A stretch of 64,000 nt of DNA, taken from assembly GCA_963719375.1 (NCBI GenBank), contig CAVRBY010000001.1, positions 186,322 through 250,321 on the forward strand. Reading direction: 5' to 3'. This document shows, piece by piece, positions 37,405 to 47,758 of the stretch. The notes under the pieces are model-generated. The model was given only the letters and a program-made list of their open reading frames with translations, had not been told where the DNA came from and did not search any database. A program made the position numbers and the translations under genes. The DNA is from an uncultured Actinomycetes bacterium (lineage in GTDB: Bacteria > Actinomycetota > Thermoleophilia > Solirubrobacterales > Thermoleophilaceae). Every line of letters starts with the position of its first letter. Positions within the stretch are counted from its first letter, which is position 1.

Positions 37405-37949
37405 GCCAGGACGCCTACACGATCACGATCCCGCGGCCCGGGCGCCGGGCGCGTGCCGCACGGATGCCGCTCGCGTCGATGCTGGTCGGCGCGGTCGCCG
37501 TCCTCGCCGCGCTTGCCATCTTCGGCGCGGGAGGCTCGACGCCACAGGCGCCGCATTTCTATACGGGTCCCGCAAGCGCTTACCGCATCCTCGAGCCGTC
37601 CGGCTGGAGGCCCCTCCCGCACGGCACGGGCCTCGAGCGCGCCGACGGGCGCGGACTGGTGGTGGTGCAGCCGACCACCCTTCCAGCGGGTAGCGTCAAC
37701 GCGCTCGCGCGCAGCCTGACGAGCTCGCTGCGCCGCCGCTTCGGCTCGTTCAAGCCGGTCGCGGCCCGGCTTGTCCCGGTCCGTGCGGGCTCGGGCCTCC
37801 TCTACAGCTTCGTCACCGGCAGCGAGCTGCACAGCCTCGTCATCACGGGCATCCGCGGTCGCGCCTACTCGATCGACAGCGTCGTGCCCGTGAGTGCACG
37901 CGAGGCGGCGGCCGAGGCCGGCGCGATCGCCGGGTCGTTCGGCCCCTGA
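37401..37949 (+). CDS. Hypothetical membrane-anchored protein
   Basis: GTG 37401 overlaps the upstream stop (GTGA). Single TM (MLVGAVAVLAALAIFGAGG). No family recognised. Confidence 0.5.
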   Translation: MSQDAYTITIPRPGRRARAARMPLASMLVGAVAVLAALAIFGAGGSTPQAPHFYTGPASAYRILEPSGWRPLPHGTGLERADGRGLVVVQPTTLPAGSVNALARSLTSSLRRRFGSFKPVAARLVPVRAGSGLLYSFVTGSELHSLVITGIRGRAYSIDSVVPVSAREAAAEAGAIAGSFGP

Positions 37950-38034
37950 CCGGGCTCAAGCCTATTCGGCCGCTGCCGATGAAGGGCTTAGAGGCGACGC
38001 GAGGCCCTCTTCGAATGTCGCGTCGCCGATCCGA

Positions 38035-38781
38035 GTGATCCGTCAGATACAGCAGAGCGCACCGGCCGACTCGTCGCAGGCGACGACCCCCACGCCCGCG
38101 AAGACCGCGACCACCGGCAAGTCCTTCGCCCGCCTCCACGCCGCGGCGCTCCAGCGTGTCGCCGCGGACAGCGCCGCTTCGACCGCGGCTGCCGGCGAGA
38201 CCTGGGAGTCCGTCGCCGGCAAGCCCAACATGGCGAAGATCGTCACGGGCGATCGCGCGGGCGAGTACGTCAATCTCTCCGGGGGCGCCCGCCACGGCGA
38301 GATCTTCAAGGTCGAGCAGCAGGGCGGCAAGACCGTGCACGTCTACGGCTCCGGCAACGACGAGCAGGTCATCGACGCGTCGAAGGATCATGCTGTCGAC
38401 GCCCGGCCGAGCGCCGGGCAGCGTGCCCCGAAGGGCGAGACCTGGCAGCCGATAGCCGGCCACGCCGACTACGCGGACATACTGGGTGGCCCGCGCGACG
38501 GCTACTACGTCAACACGTCCGGCAATAGCCGCGAGGGACAGGCCTTCCAGATCGTGCGCAAGAACGGTCACACCTTCCATGTCTACGGCGTCGGCAAGCA
38601 AGCTCGCTGGATACCGATCCGCGGCTACGAGGCGCCATCGGCGGGCAAGGGCAAGAGCGCCGGCGGTACGAGCTCGCCGAGCGGCGGGACGGCTGCGCAC
38701 GCCGCGTCGGGCGCTTCGAGCGTGAAGGCTGCCGGCACCGGCGGCGTCAGCGCGCCGAGCGGCTCGGGCAAGAAGGCCTGA
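38035..38781 (+). CDS. Hypothetical protein with two copies of an unrecognised ~55-aa domain and a Gly/Ser/Ala-rich tail; start uncertain
   Basis: Internal duplication: GETWESVAGKPNMAKIVTGDRAGEYVNLSGGARHGEIFKVEQQGGKTVHVYGSG and GETWQPIAGHADYADILGGPRDGYYVNTSGNSREGQAFQIVRKNGHTFHVYGVG. GTG 38035 is the first start beyond the upstream gene. Confidence 0.45.
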   Translation: MIRQIQQSAPADSSQATTPTPAKTATTGKSFARLHAAALQRVAADSAASTAAAGETWESVAGKPNMAKIVTGDRAGEYVNLSGGARHGEIFKVEQQGGKTVHVYGSGNDEQVIDASKDHAVDARPSAGQRAPKGETWQPIAGHADYADILGGPRDGYYVNTSGNSREGQAFQIVRKNGHTFHVYGVGKQARWIPIRGYEAPSAGKGKSAGGTSSPSGGTAAHAASGASSVKAAGTGGVSAPSGSGKKA

Positions 38782-38809
38782 GGCTCGTGCAGCCGGATAG
38801 GCTGCGACG

Positions 38810-40600
38810 ATGGCCGCCAGCGACGAGCTCGAACGCACCGAGTGGGACCTCGAGCCGCTGCTTGGCGAGCGGGGCGTTGACGACCTGCTGGAGGAGGCAA
38901 CCGCCGAAGCACGCGAGTTCGCCACGAGCCATGCCGGCAAAATCTCGAGCTACGACGCTGCCGACCTCGCGCGCGCAATGCACGAGCTCGAGCGGATCTA
39001 CGACCGCGTCGGCCGCGCAAGCTCTTACGCGAGCCTGAGGTTCGCGACCGACACCGCCGACCCGGCGCGCGGCGCGCTGCTGCAGCGGGTTCAGGAGCGG
39101 GCCACCGAGATCGAGACGCGGGTCCTGTTCTTCGAGCTCGAATGGGCCGGCGTTCCGGACGAGCGGGCCGCGGAGCTGCTCGCTGACGAACGCGCTCGCC
39201 TTCGCGCGCCACTACCTGGATACGGCGCGCCGCTATCGGCCCCACCTGCTGAGCGAGCCCGAGGAGCGGTTGATGACCGAGAAGGCGGTCACCGGCCGCG
39301 GCGCCTGGTCGCGCCTGTTCTCTGAGCTGACCGCGGCGATCAGAGTGGAGCGTGACGGCGCGGAGGTCCCGCTCGAGGTGGCGCTGAGCCGACCTCTACT
39401 CGCCTGACCGCGAGCGCCGGTCGACGGCGGCGGCGGCGGTCACCGCGGCGCTCGAGCCGGGACTTCGCACGCGGGCGTTCATCCTCAACACGCTCCTCTA
39501 CGACAAGGCGGTCGACGACCGCGTGCGCCGCTACCCGGACTGGCTCTCGAGCCGCAACCTCGCGCAACGAGGCGAGCGACGAGTCGGTCGAGGCGCTCGT
39601 CGAGGCGGTCCGGCGGCGCTACGACATCCCGCGCCGCTGGTACTCGCTGAAGGCGCGGCTGCTCGGGATCGACAGGCTCGCCGACTACGACCGGATGGCG
39701 TCGGTCGCCTCCGAGCGAGGAAACGGTCGAATGGCGCGACGCGCGCGAGCTGGTGCTCGACTCGTACGGGTCGTTCTCGCCGGAGCTCGGAAAGCTCGTC
39801 CGCCGTTTCTTCGACGAGCGCTGGATCGACGCGCCGGTGCGGCCCGGCAAGCGCGGCGGCGCCTTCTGCGCCTCGACCGTCCCGTCGATGTCCACCCGTA
39901 CGTGATGCTCAACTACACCTCGCGCCGCGGCGACGTGCTGACGCTCGCCCACGAGCTCGGCCACGGCGTGCACGGCGCGCTCGCCCAGCGCGCAGGGCAT
40001 CTTTCACCAGTCGACGCCGCTGACGATGGCCGAGACGGCTTCGGTGTTCGGCGAGACGATCGTCTTCGGTCGCCTGCTCGAGGCCGCGGAGCGGCCCGAG
40101 TCGCGCCTCGCGCTGCTCGCCGAGCGGATCGAGGGCGCGATCGCGACCGTCTTCCGCCAGACCGCGATGAACCGCTTCGAGGACCTCGCCCACCGGGCCC
40201 GCCGCGAGGGCGGCGAGCTGTCGGTCGACCAGATCGGCGACCTCTGGGTGGAGAGCCAGGAGGAGCTGCTCGGCGACAGCGTCGAGGTCACCGAGGGCTA
40301 CCGCAGCTGGTGGTCCTACATCCCCCACTTCATCTCCACCCCCGGCTACGTCTACGCGTACGCCTACGGCCAGCTGCTCGCGCTGTCCGTCTACCGGCGC
40401 TACACGGAGGAGGGCCGATTTCGTCCCGCGCTACCTCGAGCTGCTCGCCGCCGGCGGCTCGCGCTCGCCCGAGGAGCTCGGCCGGATCGTCGGGATCGAC
40501 CTGACCGACCCGGCGTTCTGGGACTCGGGTCTCGCCCTCGTCGAGGAGAACCTCGAGGCGGCTGAGGCGCCGCGGACGCGGCACTGGCGAATCGGAGCTG
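38810..40600 (+). pseudogene. pepF: Oligoendopeptidase F (M3B) homologue broken by at least 7 frame changes
   Basis: A collinear PepF-like sequence can be read only by switching frame near 39188, 39395, 39570, 39715, 39885, 39990 and 40418. HELGH (LTLAHELGHGVHG) is present. The 3' end is uncertain. Confidence 0.8.
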
Positions 40601-40604
40601 AACC

Positions 40605-41231
40605 CTATGGTGCGCCCGCGACGGGCGCGCAGATGGCGGTCACCGTCAGGGTGTCGCCGGAGCCGCCTGTCGCGTCGGCCTGCCACTGGTTGTTGCTTCC
40701 GCGCGGCCAGGAATCGATTACGGAGTCGCTCGAGGTGTCCGAGACCCGGGCGCCCCCGCCGACGATCTGATCACCGCTCGGGCAGCTCGCCGTCAGACTC
40801 AGGACGACGCCGCTGGAGAATTGACGCGTGGACGTCGCGTAGTCCACCTTCGACAGCGCCGCCGAGCCGGCGCTCGACGCCGTGGTGGCGCTGCCCGCGC
40901 TGGTCGCGCTGTTCGCGCCGGTCGCCTGGTCGGCGAGCGCCGCATGATTCGACACGTTTGCGGTAGCCGCGTAGTCGGCGCGTCCGACGTAGAGCAGCGG
41001 TGCGAGGCGGTGGATCTCGGCGTCCGCGAGCTTGCGGATGCACGCGCTCGAGCACGCGGGCGCCGTGTGTCGCTTGTGCCCGGTCGGCTTCGAGTGGTGC
41101 GCGGAGCTGCCGCTGACGTTGGCGAATGCCGTCCCCGACACGGCCACGGCACCGGCGAGCACCGCGGCAAGCCACGCGGGCGGACGCTTTCTGAGCGGGT
41201 TCACGACCGCTACAACAACCGCCGCTCGCAT
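40605..41231 (-). CDS. Hypothetical secreted protein
   Basis: Signal peptide (RKRPPAWLAAVLAGAVAVSGTAFA) if ATG 41231 is used. Ser/Ala/Thr-rich middle. No family recognised. Confidence 0.5.
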   Translation of the reverse strand: MRAAVVVAVVNPLRKRPPAWLAAVLAGAVAVSGTAFANVSGSSAHHSKPTGHKRHTAPACSSACIRKLADAEIHRLAPLLYVGRADYAATANVSNHAALADQATGANSATSAGSATTASSAGSAALSKVDYATSTRQFSSGVVLSLTASCPSGDQIVGGGARVSDTSSDSVIDSWPRGSNNQWQADATGGSGDTLTVTAICAPVAGAP

Positions 41232-41365
41232 AGGTTCCGACGTGACGCCCGCGATGCGATCCCGCTCCGCGCGAAGAAAAAGTCCGCTCGGTGCGGACTT
41301 TCTTTGATGAAGGGTTCTGACCGCTCGGATACCTTGACCATGCAAATCGAGCGGGAGGAGCGAAG

Positions 41366-41626
41366 TTGCCGGAGCGCGGTCGAAGTGTCCCTTTGCTTAC
41401 CGGGCGCGAGCGCCTGGTGCTCATCGAGCTCGCCCTCGGGCGCACGACTGAGGAGATGGCGGCGACCATCTATCTCAGCCCGCACACGATCCGCTCGCAC
41501 ATAAAGAGCGCAATGGCGAAGCTGGGCGCCCGCACCCGCTCGCAGGCGGTGGCGATCGCCCTCTCCGACGGCCTGATCGAGAGCGCCCCGGTGGCGCGCT
41601 CGCTATCCGGTGAACCGGGGCCCTGA
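41366..41626 (+). CDS. Stand-alone LuxR/GerE-type HTH protein (86 aa)
   Basis: LTGRERLVLIELALGRTTEEMAATIYLSPHTIRSHIKSAMAKLG. TTG 41366 lies 5 nt after GGGAGGAG. Confidence 0.75.
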   Translation: MPERGRSVPLLTGRERLVLIELALGRTTEEMAATIYLSPHTIRSHIKSAMAKLGARTRSQAVAIALSDGLIESAPVARSLSGEPGP

Positions 41627-43060
41627 AGCCGGCGCGCGCGTGGCCCGCACGGACGCCGACGCGACCTGCTGACCGGCTGCGATCAGGTGCAGCCGGTAGG
41701 TGCCCGCTCGCCGCAGGGGGACGAAGATCGTCGCCTTCCCGCCGCTGTCGGTGGTGACCTGCCTGCCGGCAAGCCGGACGAGCGCGCCGGCGAGCGGATG
41801 CCGCTGGCCGCCGCTCGAGAAGCTCGCCTGCACGTGGAGGCCCACGCGGCGCCCGCTCCGGACCCGACGCGGCCGCACCTTGAGCCTGAAGCTGACCTTC
41901 GACGCCGCCGCCGCGCCCGGGGTGGCCGCCGCGGGGGGCACGAAGATCGGGGCGCCCGGCTCGCCGGCCCAGACGTCGAACAGGACCATGTGAGCTGGCG
42001 TCTGCCTGAGAAGTAGGGGTCGTTCGTGACGATCATCCGCTCGCCGTCGAACTGGACGCTCGAGGGCTCGTCGAACGGGACTGGCAGCATTGCGTTCTCG
42101 GTCGCGCTCGGGGCGCGGGCGAGCTCCTGCCCGCTCGGCGAGAGCTCGACGAGCTGGTTGGCCCCGGGACCGACGAGCGCCAGGTAGACGTCACCCGAGG
42201 CGGCGAGCGCGAAGCCGTCGGGCGCCTCGCGCGGGCCGCTCTCCCACAGCTTCGTCAACGGCCCGGGCCTTCCGTTCGCCTCGATCGGGAGCGTGTACAG
42301 CTTGCCGGTCGTGGGGTCGCCCGGCGTCGTGACGCCGCCGGCGCGAGGTGTCGAACATCAGCGTGTGACGGTCCGGCATCAGCACGATCCCCGCCGGACC
42401 GAAGACGGCCCCGTCGATTTGCGGGTCGGTGAACCAGACGTGGGCCTGGCCGCCGCCCGGCGGGACGCGCCAGATCAGCCCCTGCTGGTAGTCGGTCACG
42501 TACATGCTCCCGTCCGGGCCCCAGGCCGCGTAGTCGGGCTCGGGCGGGTTGTCCTGGACCGTGTCCGAGCAGTCGGCGGCGGTCGGCGCCGCGGTGCACG
42601 TCGGCACGTCGGCGAACGTCGCGTAGGTCGTCTGCACGCCGGTGCGCGGGTCGAGCGTGAGCACGCGCGCGGGCGCCTGGTCGAGCAGGTAGAGCAGCCC
42701 GTTCGCGTCTCTGGCGGCGACCTGGATGCCGTGCGAGGCGCCGGGCGTCTGGCCGCTGATCGTGTAGGTGCGCTCGAGCGAGCCGCCGGGCGAGTACGCG
42801 AACACCTTCGACGGGCCGTTGTCGCCTCCGCTCGCGCCGTAGAAGGTGCCGACGTAGATCGTCCGGTCGGGCGCGACGAGCGTCAGCGCCGGGTAGCCCG
42901 GCGCTGGGACGTGCGCGAGAACCTGGATGTCGAAGCGCGCCCTCGCCTGCGCGTCCGCTGCTCCGGCGACCGCCGTCAGCAGGACGCCCAAGCAGCACGG
43001 CGATGACCCCGAGAGCGCACCAGCGGCACCCTACCCGCGCGTCGGACGCCCGCGCGCCAT
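41603..43060 (-). pseudogene. Secreted beta-propeller-like protein (SMP-30/NHL-like) with a C-terminal Ig-like domain, broken by at least 4 frame changes
   Basis: Pieces: MARGRPTRG / ..CRWCALGVIAVLLG / VLLTAVAGAADAQA..HTLMFDTS (to about 42345) / ..TGKLYTLPIEANGRPGPLTKLWESGP..MIVTNDPYF (to about 42000) / MVLFDVWAGEPG..GTYRLHLIAAG. Confidence 0.6.
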
Positions 43061-43076
43061 ATGCTGCCGCGCTGAA

Positions 43077-43735
43077 ATGCTCGAATCGGACCGCGACGCG
43101 CTCGTCTCCGCATGCCGTCGCCTGGCCGGCGGCGGACTCGTGATCGGCAGCGGCGGGAACGTCAGCTTGCGGCGCGACGATCGAGTTCTCGTCACGCCGA
43201 CCGGCGCGGTGCTCGCAACGCTCGAGCCGGAGGAGCTGGTCGGTAGTCGATCGCGGCGGGCATCCACGCTCGAGGGCGATCGGGCCCCGACCTCCGAGCT
43301 CGCGCTTCACCTCGGCCTCTATCGAGCGCACGCCCGCGGCGGGGGCGGTCGTCCACTCCCACGCGCCGGTCGCGACCGCCCTCTCGTGCGTCCTCGACGA
43401 GGTCCCGGCGGTCCATTACACGATGCTCGCCCTCGGCGGCGCCGTGCCGGTGGCCCCCTACGAGACCTTCGGCACCACTCAGCTCGCCGATCGCACGCTC
43501 GAGTCGCTCGAGGGCCACACCGCGGTGCTGATGCGAAACCACGGCGCGCTGACCTGGGGCTCGGACCTCGACGCGGCGCTCGACGCCGCGGAGCTGCTCG
43601 AGTGGGCCTGCACGCGTCTACTGGCGCGCGCGGATGATCGGGGAGCCGTCGATGCTGACGCCCGCCCAGCTCGAGGACGTCGCGTCGGCGGCGATCGAGC
43701 GCGGCTACGGATCCGCCGCCCGCAATGGCCGCTGA
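43077..43735 (+). pseudogene. Class II aldolase/adducin-family protein broken by about 4 frame changes
   Basis: MLESDRDALVSACRRLAGGGLVIGSGGNVSLR.., ..LEGDRAPTSELALHLGLY.., ..GAVVHSHAPVATALS..LMRNHGALTWG.., ..RVYWRARMIGEPSMLTPAQLEDV.. These lie in different frames, with junctions near 43243, 43268, 43335 and 43612. Confidence 0.75.
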
Positions 43736-44679
43736 CCCACCCGTCGCCGTCGCCCTCGGCGCGCACGTCCTCGACGTGCTCGGGCGCTACGTGACGGAGA
43801 TCCCCGAGGGCCAGGGCGGGACGCTGATCGAGGAGATCCGCCTCTCACCGGCGGGGGCGGCGGGCGGCACCGCGGTGACCCTCTCGAAGCTGGGCATGCG
43901 GCGTCGTGAGCGCGGGGGCGGTCGGCAGCGACGACATCGGCGAGGTGCTCCTGCGGGCGCTCTCGCGCTTCGGCGTCGACTGCGACCACGTCGTCCGCCG
44001 CGACGGGGTCCAGACCTCGGCGACGATCCTCCCGATCCGCCCGAACGGCGACCGCCCGGCGCTTCACGTGATCGGCGCGAACGCAGGCCTTACGAGCGCG
44101 ACGACATCCCGTGGCCGCAGATCGCCGCGGCCTCCTACCTGCACCTCGGAGGCCCGGAGTTCCTCGGCCCGGAGCTGTGCGCGGAGGTGCTCGACTTCTG
44201 CCGCGAGCACGGCGGTCACGACCTCGCTCGACATCCTCGCCGACGGCTGGCCGGAGCTGCTCGACATGCTCGCGCCCGCCTTCGAGCGCGTCGACTACGT
44301 GCTTCCGAACGAGGACCAGGCCCGTCTGCTGACCGGCGAGACCGACGTCGTCGACGCGGCAAGGGCCTTGCTCTCCCGCGGTGCCGGCACGGCGGCGATC
44401 ACCTGCGGCGGCGCCGGGAGCGTCGTCGTCGGCGCCGACACCGTGACGCGGATCCCCGCGTTCGAGGTCGAGGTCGTCGACACGACCGGCTGCGGCGACG
44501 CCTTCAGCGCCGGCTTCCTGCGTGGCCTCTCGCTCGGGCAGGAGCCCGTCGAGGCGGCGCGCACGGGATCCGCGACCGCGGCGCTCGTTGCGGGCGGGCT
44601 CGGCAGCGACGCGGGAGAGTTCGACCTCGAGCGGGTGCTCGAGCTCGCGCGCACCGGCCGCGAGCGGGCCGTTCACTGA
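43725..44679 (+). pseudogene. PfkB-family carbohydrate kinase broken by 3 frame changes
   Basis: ATG 43725 overlaps the aldolase stop. Frames switch near 43900, 44092 and 44215. C-terminal signature VVDTTGCGDAFSAGFL. Confidence 0.8.
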
Positions 44680-44743
44680 ACGTTGTACTTTCTATGACTC
44701 GCCCGCCGGGTTTGTGGGCAGAATGCCGCTACCTGGAGTCCCG

Positions 44744-45055
44744 ATGCGTTCCGTCGAGCTGATAGCAATGTTGAGCGGCGCCGTCTTCGCGACGACGATG
44801 CCGGTCGCCGCGCTGACGTGCTCGTCCTCGCCGAGGCGCTGGCTGCGGTTCGCCTTGCCGCTCGTCGCGCTCGCCAACCTGCTCGTCGTCGCGCTGAGCT
44901 TCGTCGAGCGGGTCGCGCCCCCGGTCGAGGGGCTGGCGACGATCGCGCTCACGGTCGCGATGGTCGCGGTCGGTATCCACCTGAGCGCACCCCGATTGCG
45001 GGAGCCCGTCTGGTGGGCTTCGTTCGAAGAGGCCTTCTGGGCCCACGTGGGCTGA
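44744..45055 (+). CDS. Small hypothetical membrane protein
   Basis: Three hydrophobic segments. Start is ATG 44744 or ATG 44723. The 3' end overlaps the likely kinase start. Confidence 0.4.
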   Translation: MRSVELIAMLSGAVFATTMPVAALTCSSSPRRWLRFALPLVALANLLVVALSFVERVAPPVEGLATIALTVAMVAVGIHLSAPRLREPVWWASFEEAFWAHVG

Positions 45056-46467
45056 CGACGGGAGCGCTGGTCGGCGAACAGCTAGCCGGCTACCGAATCG
45101 AGGCCGTCGCGGGACGCGGCGGCATGGGCGTCGTCTACCGCGCTCGCCAGGTCGCGCTCGACCGCACCGTCGCGCTCAAGGTCATAACCCCTGAGCTCGC
45201 CGGTGACGCGCGCTTCCGGGCGCGCTTCCTGCGCGAGTCGCGCGTCGCCGCCTCGCTCGACCATCCGAATGTGATCCCCGTCTTCGAGGCCGGGGAGGAC
45301 GCGGGCCGCGCCTTCATCGCGATGCGCTTCGTCGAGGGGACCGACCTCGCCCGGACGATTCGCGCGCGGGGGCCGCTCGAGCCGCGGCTAGCGGCGCGCA
45401 TCCTGCGCCAGGCGGCCGCCGCACTCGACTCAGCGCACGCCCGCGGGCTCGTGCACCGAGACGTCAAGCCCGCGAACCTCCTGCTCGCCGGCGACCCGGA
45501 CGATCCGCACGTCTACCTGACCGACTTCGGGCTCGCCAAGGACGAGAGCGTCTCCTCGCTCACCGGCTCGGACGGCTGGCTCGGGACGCCCGACTTCGCT
45601 GCGCCCGAGCAGGTCGAGGGCAAGCCGGTGGACGCGCGCACCGATGTCTACGCGCTCGGGTGTGTCGCCTTCGCGGCGCTCACGGGCAGCCCCCCGTTCG
45701 TCCGCGAGAGCGCGCTCGCCAAGGCCTGGGCGCATGTCAACGACCAACCGCCTCCGCTTCCCCGCTCGGCGCCGCCCCACATGCGGGCCGCGATCGCGCG
45801 CGCCCTGTCGAAGCGCCCCGGCGAGCGGTTCGAGACCGCCGGGGCGTTCGCCGAGGCGCTCGGCGAGCGCCGGTCCTTGCCGCGTGCCGCGACCCGACCG
45901 ACGGCACGACTGATCCGGAGTGCGCCCCGGTGGCGGCGGGCATGGCTGGTAATCGCCGCGGTCGGGGTCCTCGCGGCCGCCTCGGCGACCCTGCTCGCTA
46001 CGACTGGGGCGACGCGCGCCCATCACGCCATACGGCGCCCGATGGCGCGAGAGCCGCTCCCCCCTCCGGCCACACGCGCCGCCGACCCGGCAGCCGGGAC
46101 CGTCCGCTGCACCGGAGCGACCTGCCGCCAGGCGGGCGCGCTGGTGCTGGCACCGATCGAGGGCGCGCCGTGCGGCGCGGGGCGCTGGACGAGGCTCGAC
46201 GCCGGCGCGCCGGAGCCCCTGCTCGGCTGCGAGCCAGCCCATCCGCTCGCCGCCGCCCCGGTCAGGGTCCCAGACCTCGCCGGCGCACGGCTCGACCTCG
46301 CAGGTGGGCTGCTCGACAAGCTCTCGATCCGTCACGACACGTCCGGCGGCGGGCTGTTCGGGGTAATCGTCGAGAGCAACTGGAAGGTGTGCGCGACGGC
46401 TCCGCCGCCGGGCGCGCCGCTGCCCTCCGGCTTGAAGCTGAAGCTGTTCGTGGACCGCTCCTGCTGA
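45013..46467 (+). CDS. Transmembrane Ser/Thr protein kinase with a C-terminal PASTA-like domain
   Basis: GRGGMGVVYRA, VALKV, HRDVKPANLLL, DFGLA, GTPDFAAPE. TM (AWLVIAAVGVLAAASATLLA). C-terminal VPDLAG..LD.A..LL. GTG 45013 is the nearest in-frame start. Confidence 0.88.
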   Translation: MGFVRRGLLGPRGLTTGALVGEQLAGYRIEAVAGRGGMGVVYRARQVALDRTVALKVITPELAGDARFRARFLRESRVAASLDHPNVIPVFEAGEDAGRAFIAMRFVEGTDLARTIRARGPLEPRLAARILRQAAAALDSAHARGLVHRDVKPANLLLAGDPDDPHVYLTDFGLAKDESVSSLTGSDGWLGTPDFAAPEQVEGKPVDARTDVYALGCVAFAALTGSPPFVRESALAKAWAHVNDQPPPLPRSAPPHMRAAIARALSKRPGERFETAGAFAEALGERRSLPRAATRPTARLIRSAPRWRRAWLVIAAVGVLAAASATLLATTGATRAHHAIRRPMAREPLPPPATRAADPAAGTVRCTGATCRQAGALVLAPIEGAPCGAGRWTRLDAGAPEPLLGCEPAHPLAAAPVRVPDLAGARLDLAGGLLDKLSIRHDTSGGGLFGVIVESNWKVCATAPPPGAPLPSGLKLKLFVDRSC

Positions 46468-46522
46468 TCCGCGCGCGGCGCTCATACGAATAACCGGTGA
46501 TGGCGAACCGGTCCCCCGACAA

Positions 46523-47758
46523 GTGAAGATCGCGGTCGTCGGGGCGGGGATATCGGGCCTCGTCGTTGCGCATCACCTCCATCGCGACCACGAGCTGGTC
46601 GTCTACGAGGCGAGCGGCTACGCGGGCGGCCACACCAACACGGTGCGCGTCGACACCGCACACGAGACCCAGCACGTGGACACCGGCTTCATCGTCTTCA
46701 ACGACCGCAATTACCCCAACTTCGAGCGCCTGCTGCGAGAGCTCGGCGTAGTCACCCAGCCGTCCACGATGAGCTTCGCGGTCAGCGACGAGCGCGGCGA
46801 CTTCGAGTACTCGAGCGCCTCGGCGAATGGCCTGTTCGCCAACCGGCGCCACCTCGTCACGCCCTGGTTTCACCAGATGCTCGCGGAGGTCGTCCGCTTC
46901 CAGCGCGCCGCTCTCTCGCTGCTGAGCGGAGACGGACCGGGGCCGTCGCTCGGCGAGTGGCTCGAGCGGCACCGCTTCTCGCGGTCGTTCATCGATCGGG
47001 TGATCGTGCCGCAGGCATCCGCGGTCTGGTCGGCGGACCCGCGCCAGATGTGGACCTTCCCGGCTCGCTTCCTCGCCGAGTTCTTCGACAACCACGGCAT
47101 GCTCCAGCTGCGCGACCGGCCCCGCTGGCGGACCGTCCAGGGCGGATCGGCCCGCTACGTCGAGGCGCTGACACGCCCCTGGCGCAGCCGCCTGCGACTC
47201 TCGACGCCGGTCGAGCAGATCCGTCGCGCCGAGGACCACGTGATGGTGACCGCGCGCGGCGCCGAGCCGGAGCGCTACGACCACGTCGTGCTCGCCACCC
47301 ATTCCGACCAGGCGCTCGCCCTGCTCGCCGACCCGAGCGAGCGTGAGCACGAGCTGCTGCGCTCGATCCCCTACAGGGAGAACGAGGCGGTCTTGCACAC
47401 AGACGAGAGCATGCTGCCGCGCCGGCGGCGCGCCTGGGCGAGCTGGAACTATCACCTGCTCGACGAGCCCGCCGGCGAGACGACCGTGACCTACCACATG
47501 AACCGGCTTCAGAGCCTCCGCTCCGAGCACGAGTTCTGCGTCACGCTCAACCGCGGCGACCAGATCGACCCGAGCAGGGTGATCCGCCGGATCCCCTATG
47601 CGCATCCCGTCTACACCTCGGCGGGTGCGGCCGCGCAGGCGCGTCACGCCGAGATCAGCGGCGGTGCTAGGACGCATTTCTGCGGCGCCTACTGGGGCTG
47701 GGGCTTTCACGAGGACGGCGTCGTCAGCGCGCTCCGGGTCGCGGAGGCGCTGCGATGA
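46523..47758 (+). CDS. NAD/FAD-binding oxidoreductase (amine-oxidase fold), UfaD-like
   Basis: MKIAVVGAGISGLVVAHHL..YEASGYAGGHT dinucleotide fold. First gene of a tightly overlapping trio. Confidence 0.8.
   Translation: MKIAVVGAGISGLVVAHHLHRDHELVVYEASGYAGGHTNTVRVDTAHETQHVDTGFIVFNDRNYPNFERLLRELGVVTQPSTMSFAVSDERGDFEYSSASANGLFANRRHLVTPWFHQMLAEVVRFQRAALSLLSGDGPGPSLGEWLERHRFSRSFIDRVIVPQASAVWSADPRQMWTFPARFLAEFFDNHGMLQLRDRPRWRTVQGGSARYVEALTRPWRSRLRLSTPVEQIRRAEDHVMVTARGAEPERYDHVVLATHSDQALALLADPSEREHELLRSIPYRENEAVLHTDESMLPRRRRAWASWNYHLLDEPAGETTVTYHMNRLQSLRSEHEFCVTLNRGDQIDPSRVIRRIPYAHPVYTSAGAAAQARHAEISGGARTHFCGAYWGWGFHEDGVVSALRVAEALR

Noticed and set aside
35770-38781. A prophage remnant, suggested by the tail-fibre-like repeats.
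   Set aside because: There are no capsid, terminase, integrase, baseplate or lysis genes anywhere in the window. The protein has a Sec-type signal peptide.
43061-43076. A 16-bp divergent intergenic region between the beta-propeller ATG (43060) and the aldolase ATG (43077), as evidence of unusual promoter architecture.
   Set aside because: The propeller N-terminus had to be reconstructed through two inferred frame changes, so its start is too uncertain to build on.
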